From Microbotryum violaceum (taxonomy: Eukaryota), in assembly GCA_001244265.2 (NCBI GenBank), contig CDLV01000008.1, positions 1,116,001 to 1,180,000 of the forward strand: a stretch of 64,000 nucleotides of DNA, given 5' to 3'. Positions 49,050 to 60,688 of this stretch are shown one piece after another. The position numbers were made by a program, and so were the translations under genes. The notes under the pieces are model-generated. The model was not told where the DNA came from and did not search any database. It was given only the letters and a program-made list of their open reading frames with translations. The first letter of the stretch is position 1. Each line of letters starts with the position of its first letter.

Positions 49050-50096
49050 ATGACCTCGCCCACCTCTCTCTCGCTCCTTCTTTTCTCTTCATCGGCACTG
49101 GCTCTGCAACGTGGGCCCAGCAAATGTGGCGAGCTGTGCCTCATTCGTGTCCGGCACACCTCGACCAGCGTACAACACCGTATCCCACCCGATCCGTGAG
49201 TACTCCCCTTATCACCACTTCACCCCTTGCTTTGCTCGATCGTTGTCGTTCGGGTGGGACGGCCGTGGCTTTCGGACTCGTGCTGACTCGCACCACCCCT
49301 CATGATCATCCTCACCTTCCACAGCCCCATGAAGGGCTTTCATCTTCGTTCCTGAGGACATCATGTTCGACCACGCACTTTCGACCTACTGCTCCGGGAC
49401 GGTGAGTCGGCTTGTCGTGCGACGTTGCTGCGTGCGGTCTCACGGGAGGCGGTCGCACAAGAGGAGGTCAACTTGACCTGACGGCGCTCACCTTGCGATG
49501 TGGGCAATCCTGATAAACTGACACTACCGTATGTTTGCTCATCTGCACTAGATTAATTTCGCCCCTCCTCCAAGCATGGACCTGTTCCGAGCTGGTGAGG
49601 AGGCTTATTCGAAACGCAATCCGATTGTTGTGGGGGGAAGGTGGGTGCTCGACCTTGATTCAGCCTTCCGAGCGGCGGCGACTGACCCGTTTGCCACTCT
49701 CGGACTTGTGCTACAGACATGGGAGAGGGAGTGATGGGTTGTGGGGCGTCTGTTGTGGATGTCAGGATTGGAGGGGGTTCATTGCCGGTGAAGCTCACAA
49801 GATGTCGAAGTATGGTGAGTCAGCTCGTGCGACGTTCACCTCTCGCTCGTCGGTCGGTCGCACAGGGGGGGTTCACTCCCTCGGCCTCGACGACGGCCTC
49901 GGACTCGGACTCGACCAGGCTCGCTCCATCATCATGCATCACCATGATTCATCGTGCTGACTCTTTGCATTACTCTGTTGTTCCTCATCAGGTCATATCT
50001 CGACCTTCTTTTAATACTGGGTGGATCGTGCAGGGAATCGTTTACAGTGAGTACTCTGACTCCTTGAGCTCGATGATCACTCAAAGGTCTCTGTGA
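49050..50096 (+). pseudogene. Degenerate 5-exon gene, possibly a small secreted protein
   Basis: Four GT-AG introns (49196-49324, 49402-49551, 49595-49716, 49815-49991) with consistent phases. Signal-like MTSPTSLSLLLFSSSALA is out of frame with the rest, and there is a TGA early in exon 2. Confidence 0.45.
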
Positions 50097-50138
50097 GGCT
50101 CGGCTGGGCCCCCGGCTCACGCGTTTGGGACATTTGTG

Positions 50139-50160
50139 GTTTTTGTTTTGTTTTGTTTTG
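50139..50160 (-). repeat. (CAAAA)n microsatellite, inverted relative to the LINE tail
   Basis: gtttttgttttgttttgttttg. Confidence 0.8.
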
Positions 50161-51084
50161 TCCAGACCTGGCGGAAGCAATAGGCGCGCGTTTCTTTTTG
50201 TCCTGGTTGTTTTTGTCGTAGACAGTACCGGTGGGCCCCCGAGCAGCCTTGGATCCGTACGGGTTTGTCTGTTTACCCCTCCGCAGCTCCCCATGCCGAT
50301 GTCATGCAAAGCCACGTGCTTGCCGTCCATCAACTACAGTATAAGTGTAAGCATGGTTTGACGTCAACTTAAAAAGAAGGAAAATACTGGGAACGCTGTA
50401 ACTTCGTTCGACCGGCACGAAAAATACAAAAATCGCCACAGAGCTTGTCCATGACTTCTGATCGGAACATGGACACCACAGGCAGGTGAGGCAGACACAA
50501 CAGTATGCTGACACATGCGTCACAGGCGGCCCGTTGAAAACAGAGATTTTAGGTACATTCCTTAACTCACCCTTTTTTATAGAGGTAGAAAAGCAAAGAG
50601 GTCGAGCACTTGTTGGTGACGCATCATTCTCCTCGCTCGCTCGGCGCGCCGCGCCCCAGGTGCCGCGCCCGTCGGTCGTCGCCGCGCTTGCTGGTTGAGG
50701 CCTTGAGGCTTGAGGCCTTGAGGCCAGTGAGGCCTGGCGCCAGGTAGGCCTGGTAGGCTGGTTGAAGCTTTGAAGGTTTGCACCTGCTACCCGCTACCTG
50801 CTAGCGGCGCGTAGAGGAGTCCAGACACCAGCTCACCGTTGTCTCCCTCACATCATTTCTCGTTCGTACATACTTTCTGCACGCCGCGACGAGAGTACGC
50901 ATCAACTAAGAACCTGTGCTCCTCAACAGGCCTGTGACACAGGGTGTTGTAGCAACTCACGTGATCGCCCACCCGCTGACCTGGCCGCGGAACCGGACGC
51001 TCGCGGACGTCAGCACTCTGTACACCCGTTTTGGTACCTGCACGTTGTTTATACATTCCGATACATCGTCCAAGGGTATCAAAC

Positions 51085-52818
51085 ATGGCTGGAGCGACGT
51101 ACAACGTGACCCGGTTCACGCGACAGGTGCTCAAGCGCTACCGCAAGGAGCCGCCGTCGCTCGTGCTGCACTTGTACAACACCCATTTCAGATTCGAACA
51201 GCAGGTGCGTGATCTTCCTAGATAGAGAGCCAGTCTGGGGCCGTGAAGGGCCCCCACTGTCGCTTGAGCGGCTGATCGAGGCGGGTCGCTTGACCTGACG
51301 CGTTCCCTCCTCTCTTCATTGCATTGCACAGCATGGCAACTTCAACTACGACTCGCCAATGAAGTGCTTCCTCGAGGCTATTCGCGAGCAAAAGCTGCCA
51401 ACCGACCTGCTAGATGTGCTCGACGAGGCAGGCGTGCGATACTACGAAGGTCGGTTGCAGGAGGTTCGGGTGCGGCTCCGAGGTCCACAAGGCTCAACTG
51501 ACAACACGGTCTCGTACCCAAAGGATGCCTGATCGTCGAAGTACACGACCATCGCGACCAGTCCTACTCGAGTGCAGCTCCGGCACAACCCTCGATCCGG
51601 CCAGGGCTCGCGCTCTCCTTCCAGCTTGGTCGGCAAGCCCAGCCCGTCGTTCAGGCTCGAGCCGAAGTGTACCGAATCGTACTGGGTCCCAACCCAGCGA
51701 CACTTTGGACCGAATTGGGGATCATGGATCGCAGGATACGAGAGACGGCGGAAGAGGATGCTGCAGAGGGTGGAGTCGAACCCGAGACTTTGGGCTGGAC
51801 AGAAGAAGAGGCCGTCGAAATCGAGGCGATCATTCTGGTGCGTGCGACCGGGCTTCATTCATTGCCCGCAGGAGGTGACACGAACCCAATACGTCTATGC
51901 ACAGGCTCGGACAACAGCACCGCTCTGCCTCTCACCGTCTTTGCAAACATCAAGAATCGCCAACTCCATGCTTCGAGCGACGACGCTCCGACCACCAAAA
52001 CGTAAGCGCAGTCGGGCGGCGAGCGAGGGAGAAACTGGAGAAGACGGTGAAGATGTGCTACGACGCGAGCGAGAGGAGCACGAGAAGATGATGAAGCTCG
52101 GTGACGAGGGGGTCTCGCGAGGTAGGGGTCATGCGTACGTCTTTTGGATCCTTCTCACATGCCTCTGTGCGCTTCTATACTTTGATCGCTGATCCTGGTG
52201 GATATGCCACTTGTTCTGAAATCTGACAGCTTTGCAAGGCTCGCCTTCATTCAATCTTACCGGGAGCGGCAAAATAACCCTCAAGCTTCCGTCCAGGCCG
52301 GCCCGTCGGCGGCTGCTTCCGCTGGCAATGTCGGTGGCAACGCAGCAACATCTTCTGCCGCCGGTGGTACTCAATCGCCCACCAACGTGATCCGCATCAC
52401 CGCGCCGGTGCACCAGATCGCCCCCTCGGGCGCATCGACGCCTCGCACGGCCGGATCCCCTCCGGCGTCCATCTCGGACCGCAAGAAAAAGTTGCCGATC
52501 GGCAACATCGCCGCTTCGACGGCCGACGATGCATCCGAAGCGGGTACACCGGGCCCTGCGACCCTTCCTGCGACTTCGGCGGCCGCTATGGCGCATGCGG
52601 CTTCGACCAAGAAAGCCAAGAAGATCGCTGCGCAGGCGGCCAACTCGAATGTGGTCGACCCGACCCTGCCGAGTGATCCGGCGGAGCGGGAGAAGGTGTT
52701 GGAGGCGAGGCAGCGCGCGCAGGCGAACAAGAAGCGGCAGGAGAACAAGCTGCGCAAGGAGAAGAGGAAGCTCGAGAAGGAGAAGCAGCTGGCAGCGGCG
52801 AATGATGTCAAGGTGTAG
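51085..52818 (+). CDS. SPT20: SAGA complex subunit Spt20
   Basis: LKRYRKEPPSLVLHLYNTHFRFEQQ|HGNFNYDSPMKCFLEAIREQKLPTDLLDVLDEAGVRYYE|GCLIVEVHDHR; YRIVLGPNPATLW; EIEAIIL..TTAPLCLSPS. Confidence 0.92.
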
Positions 52819-53125
52819 GCCGTCGACATGGGCCGGGCCTTGTGCGAATAGCACTGGTGTTTGCTTGCGGAGCGTGCAAGGAATCGTCTTCTATGTTGTT
52901 TGAATAGGTTACCTTGTGCAATCTCTTCTTCTTTGATAGATCAACCATCACAAATCTTGATTCTTTTGTGCTCGGTGGGCCAGGGTGTGCCCCACACCTC
53001 GCTGAGAGTCGCCGAGAGTCGCCAACAAATTCCTGAGCGACGTCGTCATTCGACCCGCGCGCTGGCGCTTCTCCTCGACTCTGGCCAGCAGTATCCACCC
53101 ACTGGCACGGGCCCACTTCCACCGT

Positions 53126-55675
53126 ATGTCTGCGATGGACTCTCGCTCTGCAAGCGAGTCGAGCTTCATCTTTGTCGACGACCCCTCGATGGAGGGCCAG
53201 ACCGACAACGAAATGGACGCCGACGATCTGTCGTCGCTCGACTCGCTGAGCGCCTTCCTGCCGACGCTGTATTCACCCCACGCGTTCCAGTGGGACGATA
53301 CGCACCTGCGCCAGGTCGACCAAGCTCGTCACCAGCGACAGCATGGACGACTCTACATCGACGAGCTCTTGTTGGACTTGGAACTAGACGGCAAGTCGAT
53401 CTCGTCATGCTCGCTCGCAATGGTCGCTCAACTCATCCCAGGTGACATAGCTATACTGTTCCGTACATGAGCTGACTATTCTGGCTGGCTCTGATCTCTA
53501 CCAGGCACTGACCTCTACCCGCCGACCTCGCTCTCGGAGCTGGACTCGTTGCTGTGTGCCGTGCTCGACGCGCCCGACGGCGACCTGATCCGCACGCACT
53601 CGGTCATTTACTACATCCTGCTCGCCGTGTGCGACGGAACAGAGTCGACGGTGCCCGATCATTTCGCACGTGCCTCCGAGTTTATACTCCCTTTGGGGAC
53701 CACCAAGACTGTGCAGGGGGGTTTCGCGCTCGACACTGGGTCGTGGCAAAGAGCGATCGCTGCTCTGAGCGACCCACATGTCGTTCCCGATCGGAGCTCG
53801 GAAACTTTGGCCGTGCTGTCGACTTGTCCGCCTATCGAACAAAGAGCCAGCTACGTGCTGAGCTTCTGGCGACTCAAAGGGATTACGCTGTCCGACCCGA
53901 ACGACCTCGCCTTTATCCTCGACGCTCTGTGCGATGCGACTCGGAAGAGGGGCGTTGTCGAAGCCTGGGCCTTGCAACGACAGTGGATCGATGAGACACA
54001 GAGGGACGAGCTGGCAAATCGCGTCTTATCCCAGTGCTTCGGTAACAACTCACTCGGCAAGCCCGTCGCGCACCACGTCCGGGCACTGCTTGCTCATCCT
54101 TTCACCTCGCGCGAGGATGCGCTCGCTGATGCGTTCTGTCGCTCACCACCTTCCGACAATATCGCCAAGACGCTCGCCGTCGACTGGCGACTGAGCAAGC
54201 TGATTGCCGAATCAAGACCCCTCGATGCCTTGCGGTTCTGGTCCACCGTCAAAGCCACAGTCCCAGCTTCCGAAGATCGCCTCCGACTGCTCAAAGCCGT
54301 GCAGGCCACCCTGACCGAGGTGCAGCAGAACGCGCTCGCTCTCGAAGAGGACGTTGGCATCATTCCTGCCTCTAATTCGATTTTGACCTCCGAATCAGCC
54401 CCCGAAGACACCAGCAAGACGACCAGCAACCTCACGCAGCCGGCGTGGCAGCCCGTCCCTGCCCCGACATCGGCACCGTTGCCTCGCTCGCTCTTGTCCA
54501 TTCCGTCCAAGATCGCATCGTCGTCCCGCCCCACCAATGCAAAAGCACCGTCCGCCAGCGGTTTGCCCTTATCGGCCTCGCCCTTTTTACGGCGCGAGAA
54601 ACCGCTCGTCTCGAGTGTCGATGCTTCCTCGCTCGGCGGAGTGCAAAAGAGCATGCTGCTGGCTCTGCGGGAAGGGGAGTCCTCGGGCCATTTCCCCGCG
54701 CCTGACTCCCCGGGACCTACCACTGCGGATCTAATTCCGCGAGGATTTGGGCCACTTCCATCGACGGCGAGCCTGTTTGGCATGAGTCCGATGCGCGAAA
54801 GCTCGGTCGCGACGACGACTCTGTTCGGAGGTTCGCCCGCACGAAAACCCACGCTTGGAGGCTTTGGCAGCGTTCGACAACCCGGGGCGTCGAGTCACTA
54901 CGGCAAAGCCCGCGAGGAATCGCCCTCTCTCCTTGGTGGGCCCCGAGCAGAAATCACAACATTGCCGGATGCAGGCGATGATGAATCGACGATGTTTTCG
55001 CCGCCTCACACGGAAGCCAGCGAGGCTGACGAAGAAGAGGAGGCCGCTGACAGCTCTCGCGCGGGTCGATCGAAGTCCGCCTCGACTTCGAAGTCGGCGC
55101 CCAACTTTACTGCAAAACGACGCAATGTGTCGAATGGTATCGCTGCAGCAGCCGGGGAAAAACGACGAGCCGTCAGCACGCAGGCTGGGGACCGACCGAG
55201 CTCGAGCATCAAGGTCTCGAGCAACAAGCCCTCTGCTGCTCCTTCGTCGAGCACTCGACAAAAACCGCCGGGTGCCTTCCCCAGTGGGTTCGAGAGTGAA
55301 TCGCACGATGAGGATGATAATGACGACGATGCGCCACAGCAGAGAGCTATGAGAACGCGAAGATCGGCGGCTTCGACGACGACGACGACGACGACGAAGA
55401 AGAAATCGGTGGCCAAGCGTTCGAGTGCGAGAGCCTCTTCGGCTGCTGCGTCGGGAGCTCCTTCGACGCCGAAAGCCAAGAAGGGATCGTCGTCCAGAGG
55501 CGAGACTCTTTCTGCGGCTGCTCAGGGGACGCCGAAGACGACGACGGTGAGGCGGAGTACGAGATTGCAGACGCCGGCCAGGGACGAGGCGTCGACGAGC
55601 GTGCCGACTTCGGCTCCGCTATCAACGAGGAAGGGTGGTGCGGGGGGTGCGACTACGGGTAAAGGACGGAGGTAG
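53126..55675 (+). CDS. ELYS-domain nucleoporin with a long disordered basic tail
   Basis: LYIDELL...LYPP...IYYILL...FILP..TTKTVQGGFALD..WQRAIAAL matches the fungal ELYS domain. S/T/K/R-rich C-terminus with a PGAFP motif. Confidence 0.8.
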
Positions 55676-55901
55676 ATTGCAAAGATCCGATGGCGCACAA
55701 GGTGCGGCCCGGGGAAGCTTTTTGATTGCTACCCAGACTGTTTGTCCGATGCAATCCACCTTGACCAAGCAAAATTATTCGAACCGTCACAGAACCTTAA
55801 TCGTGGGGATCATCCCACCATCCGCCTTCTTACCTGTTGTGCCCTCCTTATCCTTCCATCCATTGCGACTTGCAACCCATGACTTGACCATATCCAACAA
55901 C

Positions 55902-55990
55902 GATGACGGCGACGGCGACGATGACGACATTGACGACATTGACGACGACGACGAGAACGATGTCGATGACGTTGATGACGACGATGACAA
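55902..55990 (+). repeat. Degenerate GAC/GAT trinucleotide tract downstream of ELYS
   Basis: gatgacggcgacggcgacgatgacgacattgacgacattgacgacgacgac...gatgacgacgatgac. Confidence 0.75.
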
Positions 55991-56621
55991 GGATGTTGTT
56001 CGAAGTAAGAAGGATCAAGGATTGTCGTGTTGCTGAGCGTTAGCAAATCTCTGTGCTGAGCGTCGCATGGACCGGCACTCGGTGATGATCGATTTGGAGA
56101 TTCAACAAAGTGACAGGTCACAGGAGGCCGATTCAATCCGAGCGTGCACGTGGGTGCATAGTCGTACAATGCAGAGAGGATGATCAAGAGTAAAGTTTGA
56201 TTCGGTAGTGTAATCGTAGCAGAGCTCTGAAACATTGCCCCTGAAACATTGCCCCATCGAACGCAGCCCGATACCAATGATGTCGTGGGCCGCGAGAGAG
56301 AGCTCTGAAATCGATCTGAAACCTCAATTAACGCGCATCGAGGCGCGTCAGTGGCGCGTGGCGCGTCGACCATTCTTGACGAGCTTTGAGCACCCTCGAG
56401 CTCCCGGGGCCGCGGCGACTCTTTCCCCAATCCCAACTTCCCAACAGCCTCGGCCGGGTGCAACAACACTTGTGTGCGAACCACCAACAACTTTTCCTGA
56501 AGGAACACACCATCAAGTTCGGCCGGCTGGGCCTTGCTGTAGTTGAATTGGACGCCATCAGGTGCTGAACGCTGAACGGTACCAGCGCGTTCACACTCGA
56601 CCTGATCTCGACGCGACGACG

Positions 56622-59600
56622 ATGCTCAGCCTCTCGGACCTAATCCACGACCTCTCCGACTCGGAGGATGAGCCAGATCGTTCCACTTTGATGGCGAGGC
56701 TCGCTATAAGCGACCGACCGGCGATCGAGGGGATGGGCAGCTCGAGACTCGGAGTGCCGTTGCAGTCGTCAGCCGAGCGCTGCGGGACCGATCAGGGTCA
56801 GCGAGCAGGCCAGCAAGACTGGGGACTGTCAAGCGTTACAAGCTCCCCGTGGCACGAGGAATATGGGTCGTTTTACGAACCGGCAAGTGACGGGAGCAAT
56901 GGTGGCGATGGCGCAGGAGGAGAGGTCGATCTTCTCGAGCATGGACACGCTGCGCTGGCGGGGCAGCATCACGAGCACAGCGACCACCTCATGCAGTTGA
57001 GCCCACTCGAGCAACTGACGCCCATGATGGCCTATGGGGACGCGTATGCGAATGCCACAGCCTGCGGTCGTATCTCATTGCCGTTGCCACCCACCACACC
57101 ACCTCCACGCTCTCCTCGTCCGCGCGGCCCCCGTCGCGCTGAACCCGAGCCAAGACCGTCGCCTCTGTCCGCCACCGTGATCGTAGACGGACCACTCGGG
57201 CGCCTTGAGCAATCCACGCACTCCATGTCGATCCAAGACGCGGCTCTCGAGACTTTGAACGCGGACGACTGTCATGGTAAGCGATGCGCACAGCGCCTAC
57301 TTGATTTTTTCCGCCGAGCTCACCAAGACTCTCTTCTCCAATTCATCGCAGCTGGTCGAGACAGCTCTGTCGACTCCTCTACGGCTCCTTCGACACCTCG
57401 TAACCGTAAACGCTCCATCGACACCGAACCCTCGACGCCTTCCGATGCACCCTCGCCAAAACCCGCGGTGACGGCGAACATGAGTCGCTCACTCTCGGAC
57501 CTGTACGACGAATCCGAGCATGACGACATGGCCCTCCAGGTCGCCGAGACGGGAAAAGAGGTCGAATCGTTCGCTGAAAGGATGGTCGCGTTCGTCTACA
57601 ACGACACGGACGGCGATGGGTCGGCCACGCTGGCTGGCGTGATCACGCCGCTCAAGAAGCGCATTTCGGGACTTTTCCTCGGTCTGAGCTCTCGCAAGGG
57701 GGATGAGGATGCGATGATACACCAGGTCGACGATCAGAAGGCTCTGGGAAAGTCGGAGTCGGGAACCCATGTCGACAAACCGGACATGCCCGCGATTGTC
57801 GCGCAGATTGTGCCTTCAAAAGCAGATCCGTCCGTGATCGTTCGTGCGCACGCGAGTCGAGATGGCGCCGAAGGAGAGGCGGTTCCGTCCGAAGTCGGAT
57901 CCGAGCTAATGGTGGATGACGATACAACGATGGCTCACTTGGAAGTTCAAGACATAGTTGATGCCGAACGAGCGGTGTCTGCTTCGATTGACGAAGGTCC
58001 AGAGGACGATGCCCAGGACGTAGAGCCCGAGGAGTGTGCTCGCATCAGAGACGACCTCCCCGCCCCGACGACGTCTTCCTCACTGACGACTTTGATTTCG
58101 TCATGGACTGAGAACACGATTGAAGTTCATTTCGGGGTGCGTTTGAGCTTCGATGCGAGCTAAAAGAAATACTTACTGACTGTGCTGCATCCCGATCTTC
58201 ATAGGACCCGGAGTACTCAGATTCTGCACATGCGTTGGATCAAGAAGCTTCACCGCAGGAAGCACCCATCCCGTTCCACGACGAAAACAAACCTGTCGAT
58301 CTCGAGCCGGAACAAAGCTCCGAACTACCCATCTCTGTAAATGAGGAGGATGAAGAAGACAGACAGCAAAACATATCGACCCCTGGCCTCGAAGCGACCA
58401 CGCAGTCGGATCCGCCCTCGAGCTCGCCCGCGCCCGCTACACAGGACGAAACGAGATCGGCACTCGAATTACCTGCAATGAAGGACAAGTCGAATGACAG
58501 CGAAGCGGAAGCCGAAGTCGCTCAATTTGCTGTCGGCACCCTTGTGGACGAGGTGGAATCACATGCCGAGGCTGCACCTGACTCGAAGGAGACCGCGCAA
58601 ATGGAGCATGCCGAGGATCCGATCGTGGAGGACTCACATGCAACCATCATAGACGAGGTCTTATCGGAAGCGGTCGAAACAATGAGGATACAGCGCGAAA
58701 GTCGTTCACATAAGCCTCGACTGGACAGCTCCGAGGACCTGCCTGTTTTTGAGGAAGCCGATGCCATTGGGGATGAGGAAGAGGAAGTTATCGATGACGA
58801 AGTTGGAGAAGGGGAGTATGTAACGCACAGGTCCCCTCGGGGCATTGACGAGCGATCCGAGATGCGCTCGGCCGACCTGTACAGCGTGCCATCGTCTCCA
58901 CTTGCTCGATTTACGTCCGAGGCCTCGGACGACAGCCTGCAACGCGACGAGGTCTCCGACGACGGTTCACAGCGCAACGAGGCCTCAGATGATGGTGAGC
59001 AGCGCGAGGACCCTTTCAACCCACCCAGGGAAGCCACACCTGTCGTAGGGGCTCCGTCCGCCACCTCTTTACCGGGATTGGAGTCCCCAACTCCGCAGCA
59101 TGCTCCACGACCCAAGCCGAAACCTGAGCCGGCATCCAAGCCGACGCCCAAATCAGCGAGCATCCCGGCGCAGTCGTTCTACGTGGATGTTCCCGCTTTA
59201 CCTCGACGGAGACACTCGTCCACGTCGGAGCATGCCGGCTCCTCTCGTTCGAGTCGTCAAATCGAAAGTAGACGACCGCTCGGACCGACGGACAAGAGCC
59301 TGGAATCTCCGATCGCGTCCATTCGAGCAAAAAATGAGGCGCGCCTGTTCGATGACCCTCCTGACCTCGATGAACCTGGGTCTCGTGAGGCATCGGTTCA
59401 ATCGCGCTCCTCCTCGACTCGCCAACTTCTGGGAGATAGCCTCGCGCAGTCATCGCCTGGGCCAATTCCCATGGACGTGGAACTGATGGAAGAGCATCTG
59501 GTGGAAGCGTACCAGCAGATCGAGGCGTTCGGCGAAGCGGGCTTTGCTGCGGATGATGTTGCCCCAGTGCCTCAGAGCGAGCAGGATAACGAGTCCGATG

Positions 59601-60493
59601 ACGTCGCCGAACCAATCTCCCCACCGCGGAGACAACCTCGAAGGATCATAGTCGAGGAGGGGATTCCACTCTCTTCCCCTCTACCCTGCCTTCCTCCTTT
59701 ACCGTCATCGATTGCGCTCTCGGGCTCCATCCGGCTGTTCGATTCCCTGAGCAAGTCGCCTCCTCCAGTCGAACACGACCAAGCTCCTCCTTCGCCTGGC
59801 CCTTCTACGCGACGCCAAGATGGAGATTCATCGTCGGAGGGTGAGACACTCATTATGATCCCACGCGCACGACCAAAAAAGAAGCGTAAAAAGGCCTCGC
59901 CCGCGGTCAAGAAGAACTTGCCACGACCATCCATCGAGTCCGCGCAAGAAGTTAGCGACGGGTCGTCAGCCGATGAATTGGACATGCTCAGGACAGCCAA
60001 AGTACGACTTTCTCCAATCATCGGGCGGAAGATCACATTGCAGAGTCGACATATTACGACGCCGACGACGACAGAGCCATACCACCCAAAGACGGTCACA
60101 AAGACTCGCAACGCCAACCCTAGCAATCACCGACTATCGCTTCCGAGTCGAAGCGTGCCGGCGCTGGATCGATCGAACGCTAAGGGCTACATCATCGTTC
60201 CCAGCCGACCACATGCATCGAGTGACAATGCACCTCCCTCGAATGGGCGTCCAGCACGTACACGAAAGTCGACGGCGAATTGGTGGGAGCTTAGTAAAGG
60301 TCTGCAGCGGAACGAACCTCTGAAGACCAAACGTCAACGCAAGAATGACGACGATTACGAACCGCGTGGACTCGACGAGGGCTTGGAGGACGACGAAGTG
60401 GTTCGGTCCTCGGTCACGAAGAGGAAGTCGCCATCCTCGCTTAGCAAAAGACGCAGGGTATCGAGGGTCGTAGACGACGATGAAGAGGACTGA
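56622..60493 (+). CDS. Large acidic, low-complexity protein (about 1270 aa, 2 exons) with basic NLS-like clusters and a C-terminal R-x7-WW motif
   Basis: Two long ORFs joined by a GTGCGT...CTGAC...TAG intron at about 58137-58204. PKKKRKK, RPARTRKSTANWWEL and KRRRVSR are present. No globular domain recognised. Confidence 0.75.
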
Positions 60494-60688
60494 ACCCGCC
60501 CCCCTCCCGACAAGCTCTAACGCACGCAATAACAACAGATATATTGCGATAACTACTTCCGAAACAAATTTTATATGGTTCTTCGATGTACATGTACCTC
60601 TATTTGAGTCAGTGCTGATGTTGTAATAACAAGTGCACGCCCCATGTACAATGTTATTTCCCTTGTTCAAGCGCGACATTGTGAAGAA

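Noticed and set aside
48458..50160. Inverted CAAAA tracts as TIRs of a composite element
   Set aside because: Similarity does not extend beyond the microsatellite and there is no TSD.
55635..56036. Poly-Asp ORF
   Set aside because: It is open mainly because of the GAY repeat, overlaps the ELYS stop and has no other coding signal.
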